Assembly: GCA_937906775.1 (NCBI GenBank)
Contig: CALCUD010000025.1
Span: 9,970 to 73,969, forward strand
Origin: an uncultured Clostridia bacterium
GTDB taxonomy: Bacteria; Bacillota; Clostridia; Christensenellales; Aristaeellaceae
Length of the DNA: 64,000 bases
Direction of reading: 5' to 3'
The position numbers were made by a program, and so were the translations under genes. The notes beneath the pieces are model-generated. The model saw only the letters and a program-made list of their open reading frames with translations, was not told the DNA's origin and made no database searches. Shown here one piece after another: positions 57,655-64,000 of the stretch (positions are counted from its first letter, which is position 1; the number at the start of each line of letters is the position of its first letter).

Positions 57655-58671
57655 TCACAGGTTCCGGACCCAGCCGGTCACGCCGTCCGGGTGGGCGGGA
57701 TCCATCGGCTCGCCGCCTGCATAGATCAGGTCCTCATGAATGCTGTCATTGATGCAGTGCTGACCCATCTGCATACCGCTGATGTTCGACGCTACCCCGC
57801 GGTCCGCGCGGCGGACAAGTTCCGGCAGATACAGCGAAACGTTCTTCATCCGCTCCAGCTCCGGCAGGATCGGCGCAATGCACAGATCGAAGGGAACGCA
57901 TTCGTCCTGCTTTCCGTGGCAGATCCACAGGGGCCGCCCGGCTTCCTCCAGCTTTTTCAGCTCCGCCCGGGAGGGCAGATATGCTCCGGCCATGATCAGG
58001 GCGGCGTCGAAAAGCCCCGGATCCGTGATCAGGAGCCGCCATGCCGCGTAGCCGCCCGCGGAAGTCCCGAAAAGGATCTTCTTTCCCGCGCCGGACAGCT
58101 TGCCCGTCACCTTATGGATCAGGCACATCAGATCATAGGTGTAGACGGAATTCCGTCCCAGCAGGCTCCCCATCCATTCGTCATCCCCGACCAGGCGTTC
58201 CACCGCCGGCATCTCCTCCGCCGTATAGCCAACCGGAGCCCCGGAACCCGCAGGAGTCATCCAGGACATCCGGCTGTTCCCGTCGGGAGCCCGGAACTCA
58301 TTGGCCAGCGGCACAATGATGTAAGCTCCCCCGATCTTTTCCTGATACGCGGGGGAAGCAAAGGCTTCCACGCCGGCCCATTCGATCGCGGTCTTCCCCA
58401 CCAGCGATCCGCCCGAGCCGTGAAGCGCGACGATCACCGGATACTTTCTGTCCGCCGGCATTCCGTGAGCCACCGGGTCATAGATATAATACCGCAGGTT
58501 TCCGATTTCCTCATTGTCCGTGATGAAAACGCGATCGTCAAACAGCGGCAGCCACCGCCCGGGTTCGTAGTTCCGGGTCGTACTGATAAAGTCGGAATCA
58601 AGCATCTTTCCAGCCCAGGGGTACAGTTCCGGATTCTTCAGGCAATCATCCTTCCGAAGAAGTTCACTCAT
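57655..58671 (-). CDS. alpha/beta-hydrolase (esterase/peptidase-like)
   Basis: YPVIVALHGSG, GTSAGG nucleophile elbow, HGKQDECVP, GQH. Confidence 0.82.
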   Translation of the reverse strand: MSELLRKDDCLKNPELYPWAGKMLDSDFISTTRNYEPGRWLPLFDDRVFITDNEEIGNLRYYIYDPVAHGMPADRKYPVIVALHGSGGSLVGKTAIEWAGVEAFASPAYQEKIGGAYIIVPLANEFRAPDGNSRMSWMTPAGSGAPVGYTAEEMPAVERLVGDDEWMGSLLGRNSVYTYDLMCLIHKVTGKLSGAGKKILFGTSAGGYAAWRLLITDPGLFDAALIMAGAYLPSRAELKKLEEAGRPLWICHGKQDECVPFDLCIAPILPELERMKNVSLYLPELVRRADRGVASNISGMQMGQHCINDSIHEDLIYAGGEPMDPAHPDGVTGWVRNL

Positions 58672-58784
58672 CGCGGCACCTCCATTATTCATTTTTCATT
58701 TGCGAATATGAATCATTTCGACGCGGACGGGCCGGATTCCTTTTTCGTATTCAGGCGGGCACATTTTGCGGAGGTCCTCCGGGA

Positions 58785-59603
58785 TTATTCCATTTTATTC
58801 ACATATATCCCGCCGCCGCTGACGGTGATATAGTATTCCTTCTTTTCCCCCTGTTCATTGACAAACGTAACCAGGGTCGTACCCGCCTTTCCGGCGGTGA
58901 CCGACGCGGCGTTGTCCGGATCCACGGTGATCCCCGCGACCGCGGGATCCCCGACCGTGCAGGTCCAGCTTCCTTCTCCCAGGCGGAGCGTCACCGCGTC
59001 CACCGGTTTCATTGCGATCAGGGAGACCGTCAGGCTGACCAGCAGAACGCCGATCGCGGCCGCCCGGTGGATTCCGCGGTCCAGCAGGGCAAAGGCGAAG
59101 AACAGTCCGAGCGCAACGCAGAAGCACAGGCTCAGCAGATGGTGCGGGAAGTCGGCTTTGACCGTCCAGAAATAGGTCGCCGCCATATAGCCGAGGAAAG
59201 CCGCGGCGACCGAGAGTACGGCTACGCTGAGCCAGTCCCGGCGTTTGACCTGATAGGCGACCGCGGCGCCCGGCAGGGTCAGAACCGTAACGATGAACCA
59301 GTATTTGTAGTATTGGAAAAGCTGAAAACCCATCCGGTTAAAGGGGACCTGGATCAGATAGATCAGCGGCTGGCTGATCATGAAAAACACAAAGGTTTTG
59401 AGAGCCGCCTCCCGCCAGGCCGCGCAGTTCACAACGATAAAGACAGCAAACAGGATCCAGCATTCCAGATTGATCGCGATATCCCGGAAGGATGTATCCC
59501 GGAAAAACGGGATCAGATTCAGCGCTGCCGTCAGGACAGCCGTCAGGACAGCCAGCAGAATCACTTTTTTCCAGGTCATTTTCTGTGAAACAAACCATTT
59601 CAT
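58785..59603 (-). CDS. multi-pass membrane protein with C-terminal Ig-like domain
   Basis: About 7 hydrophobic segments then beta-rich TAGKAGTTLVT tail; GGAGG RBS. Confidence 0.75.
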   Translation of the reverse strand: MKWFVSQKMTWKKVILLAVLTAVLTAALNLIPFFRDTSFRDIAINLECWILFAVFIVVNCAAWREAALKTFVFFMISQPLIYLIQVPFNRMGFQLFQYYKYWFIVTVLTLPGAAVAYQVKRRDWLSVAVLSVAAAFLGYMAATYFWTVKADFPHHLLSLCFCVALGLFFAFALLDRGIHRAAAIGVLLVSLTVSLIAMKPVDAVTLRLGEGSWTCTVGDPAVAGITVDPDNAASVTAGKAGTTLVTFVNEQGEKKEYYITVSGGGIYVNKME

Positions 59604-59809
59604 CCGTCATTCTCCTCCCGTATATGCGCGGCATTCATTCCGCGCTGAAATCCGCCAGTCCGGCAAACAGATCCGCAAACACCGCGTCCCGGTCAATATG
59701 CCGGACATACGCGATCTGATGATCCCGTTTCCGTATTTCCTGCATTATACAGGCTGGGAACGAAGATTGTAAACAGTTGACAGAGCGGCGGCGGAACGGT
59801 CAGCATCAG

Positions 59810-59908
59810 ATCCGGTTTTCGACCCTGGAGTCAATCTGTGAGGTTCTGAATTGTCAGACCGGGAATATCCCGGAATATCAGAAGGATGACGAATCACCGA
59901 AAAAGTAA
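59810..59908 (+). pseudogene. C-terminal remnant of YozG-like Cro/C1 HTH regulator
   Basis: Translates IRFSTLESICEVLNCQTGNIPEY...; no start codon or N-terminal half. Confidence 0.65.
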
Positions 59909-59972
59909 TTCAATCAGCAAAAAAAGAGGAGACCGTCTGATCCGTCACCGCCTTGAATATGCTTGCTCCTGA

Positions 59973-60001
59973 TTGACAGAACAACTGAACCGCAGTATAG
60001 T
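59973..60001 (+). promoter_or_regulatory. sigma-A promoter of double-glycine peptide gene
   Basis: TTGACA-17bp-TATAGT. Confidence 0.75.
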
Positions 60002-60146
60002 GTTTCCGATCGTTTCAGGCTTTGATGAGAAAATCAAATAAGCCGCTCCTGTTATTGAGTATCCCGCATCGGGCGGTGATACGTATAAAGGAATGAAACC
60101 CTGTAGCACAGGTTTCGGATCACTGAACATCCGGGAGGGACTGCGT

Positions 60147-60389
60147 ATGGAACTGAACAAAACAGAACTGAACAAGGTCAGCGGAGGGGACGGACGCGGA
60201 AAGAGCTATACATTCCGCAGCGGTGAGATATATCACCATACACCGTACTTTTATGAAGTCATGTACGATTATTCAGGGGATGAAAATTCCTATGTGTATG
60301 TATGGAGATACCGCCGGAATGAGGAAAGCAATAAAGAATACTTCGCAGTAAAGGCTATCGAACTTGCATCCTATTATCAATACCGGTAA
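60147..60389 (+). CDS. double-glycine-leader peptide (bacteriocin/RiPP-precursor-like), 80 aa
   Basis: GGAGG RBS; leader MELNKTELNKVSGG; 66-aa Tyr-rich core. Confidence 0.72.
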   Translation: MELNKTELNKVSGGDGRGKSYTFRSGEIYHHTPYFYEVMYDYSGDENSYVYVWRYRRNEESNKEYFAVKAIELASYYQYR

Positions 60390-60472
60390 GCGTCATGAAG
60401 CGTGCCCGCGACCGGCCGGCCGCAGGCGATCTTTATCATCCCGGGGAGGTTGCAGTCCGGATCGATCAAAAT

Positions 60473-60496
60473 TCCCGGCGGGAGTTCCCGCCGGGA
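60473..60496. terminator. hairpin between convergent ORFs
   Basis: TCCCGGCGGGA-GT-TCCCGCCGGGA. Confidence 0.7.
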
Positions 60497-60503
60497 TCGT
60501 TGT

Positions 60504-61241
60504 TTATTTGACCCTGACCCTGAAGGTGATCTTATAGCCTTTGTCCTTGCTCTGGACCGTGATCGTTGCGGTACCTTTCCGGAGGGCTTTGATCAGGCCT
60601 TTGCTGCTGATGGATACAATTTTCTTATTGCTGCTCTTGTAAGTGATCTTCTGATTGACCGCCGTGGAAGGCTTCAGTTTTTTGATCTGCAGCTGCAGGG
60701 TCTTTCCCTTCTTCAAGGTAACCGTTTTGCCCTTCAGGTTCCTGGTTTTCCCTTCCTGAACCACATTGAAGGACTTGACCTTTTGGTTCTCGACCGTGAT
60801 TTTGCAGGTAGTCTTTACGCCGGAACCGTCCTTCGCGGTTACGGTAATCGTCGCCTCGCCCGGCGCGACCGCCGTTACCAGACCGTTCGCATCGACTTTG
60901 GCAACCTTCCTGTTATCGCTGGTCCATTTAATATCCGGCATCATCACGCCGGAAGGCTGGACTTTCTTCACAGACAGCTGATAAGTCGGATGCTTTACCC
61001 TGGATGTAACGGTCAGCGTCCTGACAGGCATGTTCAGCGTAAGTCCGGTGACCGGTACGTCCTTTATATATTCATACGCCAGAACATTCCCGATTGCCCA
61101 CCACTCCGCGCAACTCCCTTTATAACAGAAAATCTTTGTTGTTACAGGGAATGCAAGATTTCCGATTTCGTTCACCTCTTTGGGGATCATAACGCTCTTT
61201 AACCTGTAGCAACCGGACAAAGAGCAACCCGAAAGGCTTCA
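60504..61241 (-). pseudogene. 5'-truncated BspA-type LRR protein with two Big_2 Ig-like domains
   Basis: SGCYRLKSVMIPKEVNEIGNLAF; WTSDNRKVAKVDANGLVTAVAPGEATIT and YKSSNKKIVSISSKGLIKALRKGTATIT; no signal peptide or RBS. Confidence 0.7.
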
Positions 61242-61376
61242 CACAGATCCGGGCGTATTCAGCCGGATCCGGGAAGTACCGCGGAGGATCTTCCGGAAGC
61301 CGTATAAATAAAGGGAATTACTCGTCTTCCCTTGAATAATATGAACAACGCGAGAATAAGGAGGCCGGAATCGGAC

Positions 61377-61943
61377 ATGAATATCTATGAAAACTGTCCT
61401 GTGCTGAGCAGCGGGCATTATCTGCTACGGTTAACCTGCACGGAGGATCTGGACGGGCTGCTTTCCGTTTACAGCGACCGCAACGCGCTGCCGTTCTTCA
61501 ACAGCGACAACTGCAACGGCGATAATTTCTATTACACGACCCGCGAGCGGATGAAGGAAGCGCTGGATTTCTGGGATTATTCCTACCGGAACGGCTGGTT
61601 TGCCCGAATGACGGTCATCGAAAAGGACAGCAGGCGGATCATCGGAACAGTCGAACTTTGCGGCCGTGCGTCTGAAGACGCCTTCAACGGCATGTGCATC
61701 CTGCGGGTCGATGTGGGAAGCGAATATGAAAACGAAGCGGTCCTGACCGAAGTGTTCGGGCTGATCGCACCGCATACCGACGAACTGCTCGGCACACGCG
61801 GCATCGTAACCAAAGGGCCTATCTATGCCGTGGAGCGCACCAAAGCGCTCAGAAATACGGGCTTCACGCAATCGGAGCATCTTCTGGTCGGCGGTCATGA
61901 CGGTTATCGTTACAACGGTTACTGGACTGGAAAAGGAAACTGA
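61377..61943 (+). CDS. GNAT (RimJ/RimL-like) acetyltransferase
   Basis: LLRL...DLDGLLSVYSD, IIGTVEL, ALRNTGF; AAGGAGG RBS. Confidence 0.75.
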   Translation: MNIYENCPVLSSGHYLLRLTCTEDLDGLLSVYSDRNALPFFNSDNCNGDNFYYTTRERMKEALDFWDYSYRNGWFARMTVIEKDSRRIIGTVELCGRASEDAFNGMCILRVDVGSEYENEAVLTEVFGLIAPHTDELLGTRGIVTKGPIYAVERTKALRNTGFTQSEHLLVGGHDGYRYNGYWTGKGN

Positions 61944-62003
61944 AAAAAGGACGGAATAGCACGGGACGATTCGGTATCGGAAAGGATTCATAAGGTACGC
62001 AGT

Positions 62004-62087
62004 ATGAAAGTGATCATTCTGAACGGGTCGATGGACGCAGGGGGGAAACAGCAAGTTGCTTTTCCGGCTTCCGGTCCGATGCTATGA
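62004..62087 (+). pseudogene. possible N-terminal remnant of a P-loop kinase/ATPase
   Basis: MKVIILNGSMDAGGK resembles a degraded Walker A start; stops after 27 codons. Confidence 0.4.
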
Positions 62088-62110
62088 TATCTGTATTGGA
62101 GGTGGAAACA

Positions 62111-62875
62111 GTGGAAACAAAGGATGTTATTCTGCAGCTTCGTACAAAAAAAGGATTATCCCAGGACGAACTGGCCGGAAAGGTCATGGTGACGAGGCAG
62201 GCCGTTTCACGCTGGGAAAATGGCGAAACAACTCCCAATACAGAAACATTGAAGCTTTTGTCCAAAGAATTCAACGTTACGATCAATACCCTTTTAGGCG
62301 CGCCCCGACAGCTGATCTGTCAATGCTGTGGTATGCCGATGGAAGATCAGACCGTCGGTCATGACAGAGACGGCTCTCTGAATGAGGATTACTGCAAGTG
62401 GTGCTACGCCGACGGAACTTACACATACAGCAATATGGACGATCTGATCGATATTTGCGCACAGAGTTTAGTCAATGAAGGATTAACTGAAGAGCAGGCA
62501 CGCGCCCGGATGAAGAAAACGCTTCCGACGCTGAATTATTGGAAGAACTATGAGGCGCTGAGCGACGGCGGCGAATTTGAAAGATTCAAGGAACAGCTGA
62601 TCAATGAGATCAATGATCTTCATATTGAGGGAATGCCGAAGGTCGAAAAGCTGAATGCGCTTGTCGGCGCCTATGTCAATCTGGCCTACCCGTTGCCGAG
62701 CGGCGCAAGCATTCCGTTTTTAAACGATCAGGTCACTTACCTGGGAAATCAGCTGGAATCTGAATTTGGCGGCGGCAGATGCTTCGGCGTCCTGGCGAAT
62801 ATGGATTTTATCATGGTGAGCACCTATGAGGCGGAAGGGGCAAATCCGGAGCTGGTCCTCTATAAAAAAAGATAA
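62111..62875 (+). CDS. XRE HTH - zinc ribbon - C-terminal domain fusion regulator
   Basis: LSQDELA...TRQAVSRWENG; CQCCGMP...YCKWCY; GTG start after GGAGGTG. Confidence 0.85.
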   Translation: METKDVILQLRTKKGLSQDELAGKVMVTRQAVSRWENGETTPNTETLKLLSKEFNVTINTLLGAPRQLICQCCGMPMEDQTVGHDRDGSLNEDYCKWCYADGTYTYSNMDDLIDICAQSLVNEGLTEEQARARMKKTLPTLNYWKNYEALSDGGEFERFKEQLINEINDLHIEGMPKVEKLNALVGAYVNLAYPLPSGASIPFLNDQVTYLGNQLESEFGGGRCFGVLANMDFIMVSTYEAEGANPELVLYKKR

Positions 62876-62905
62876 CGCCGGGCCGGTCGTCACATTTGGG
62901 TCACC

Positions 62906-62943
62906 TGCAAAACGAAGTTCCGGTTTGCAAAAGAAAGTTCCGG
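62906..62943. repeat. tandem direct repeat, 20-bp period
   Basis: TGCAAAACGAAGTTCCGG and TGCAAAAGAAAGTTCCGG. Confidence 0.7.
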
Positions 62944-63134
62944 AAAGGAACAGCATAGCGGAAAGTTCATTCCCGCACCGATCATGCAACCCCGGACGTC
63001 CAGGGCGCCGGTATACCCGCATAGCCGGCTGCGTATCAATATCGGGCAGAGGAAGGGCACCAAAGTGATTGAAGCCCTCAGGCAGGTTCATGCGGGACCT
63101 GTCACACGCGGAAGATCCCGCGTCTTCTTTTTCA

Positions 63135-64000
63135 TCAGCGTGCTTTTTCAAACCTGATGTTGATATTCTCGTTATACAGCGGCGGAAGTTGTTGAATCAG
63201 CGAATTGATCTTGTCCTCATTTTCACCGCCGTTGATATACATGATCGCATGCTCGGAAGTATTTTCCAGCGTTGAGCCGATGGCTCCGATCTCCATGACC
63301 GTCCGGGTGGAGACTTCCGGGCAGGTCATATACAGAAAGTAACCGTATTTCGGATTCGCAAGATATTCATTGATCTCATACCCTTCGACCGGTTCCGTGT
63401 TTCTGACATCGGCATATCTGCGGGTAACTTTCATGAACGCGCTTTGCGTCGGGATTTTCTCATCGTCCTCAGCCAGAAGAAGCAGATTGCCGAACAGGTC
63501 GAAATAAGCCACGCCGTTAAATTCCGGATCCTTTTTCTGAATGTAATCCAGGAACTCTTCCGCGGATCCGCCGGGTTTCCACGTGCAGGCCAGAAAATCA
63601 TCCCCGAAGGAGGACGAAAGATATTCGCGGACCGGATGCGCCGGATCCAGCTCCCCGGGGTTGATGATCTGTGATATTTCGACCGCAGCGGAAGAGACTT
63701 TCTCGCGAACCGCGTCCGCGGTCAGGCTGAAAGCTTCCAGGCACCCCGTTAACGTTTCTGTCGTAAGCATGCAATCCGCGAACAGATCCAGATCAGTCAG
63801 ATCCGCTCCGAAGGCTGCCCGTGACTGCGAGCCCGTTATTTCCGGATAGGCAAAATGTTCCTTCACGTATTTCTGACACTCCGTGCCTTCAAGCGCTGAG
63901 CAGTCGTCATTCCCTTTCCAGTTGATCCCGGCGTAATCATCCAGCGCAACAACGATCACCCTGTCAAAACCGGCCTGAGCGAGTGCGCAGGTACACATCA
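63135..64000 (-). CDS. hypothetical, probably secreted protein; start probably beyond right edge
   Basis: 287-codon ORF beginning with what looks like the end of a signal peptide (CALAQA). Confidence 0.7.
   Translation of the reverse strand, partial: MCTCALAQAGFDRVIVVALDDYAGINWKGNDDCSALEGTECQKYVKEHFAYPEITGSQSRAAFGADLTDLDLFADCMLTTETLTGCLEAFSLTADAVREKVSSAAVEISQIINPGELDPAHPVREYLSSSFGDDFLACTWKPGGSAEEFLDYIQKKDPEFNGVAYFDLFGNLLLLAEDDEKIPTQSAFMKVTRRYADVRNTEPVEGYEINEYLANPKYGYFLYMTCPEVSTRTVMEIGAIGSTLENTSEHAIMYINGGENEDKINSLIQQLPPLYNENINIRFEKAR

Noticed and set aside
245..58833. Many long opposite-strand ORFs (e.g. 47508-49925, 54199-55974, 34969-36468, 38192-39685)
   Set aside because: They are shadows of well-supported genes in GC-rich DNA, with no motifs or RBS.
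29740..61260. Shufflon linking the two headless surface-protein ORFs
   Set aside because: Their 5' junctions share no convincing sequence, they are 31 kb apart in the same orientation, and no recombinase is present.
1..64000. CRISPR array, cas genes, integrase or transposase
   Set aside because: No regularly spaced repeat-spacer array or recognisable motifs were found by eye.

Overview
64 kb of GC-rich chromosome, most likely from an anaerobic, plant-polysaccharide-using Clostridia-class Firmicute. This is inferred from gene content, sigma-A promoters and strong GGAGG ribosome-binding sites. Family names come from motif recognition, not database searches. Core content: GH51, GH43, GH36, a complete his operon (hisZGDCBHAF-IE-K) with a HisR-type operator, tRNA-fMet and tRNA-Met, ABC, MATE, MscS and chromate transporters, CopA, a FeoA-FeoB fusion and a multi-domain GGDEF/EAL protein. 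No CRISPR array, integrase or transposase was found. Best leads: (1) a stand-alone self-cleaving XRE-S24 repressor with three 17-bp operators heading two tiny ORFs, one a 35-aa membrane peptide; (2) an orphan CARF-nuclease (Card1/DUF1887-like) with no CRISPR context; (3) a candidate ~70-nt sRNA with an exposed anti-Shine-Dalgarno motif; (4) a Tyr-rich double-glycine-leader peptide behind a hairpin-rich 5' leader; (5) a sensory-type [FeFe]-hydrogenase kinase/phosphatase module with no catalytic hydrogenase beside it; (6) an AT-rich island with a repeated 13-bp motif; (7) several gene remnants concentrated at 59.6-62.1 kb.
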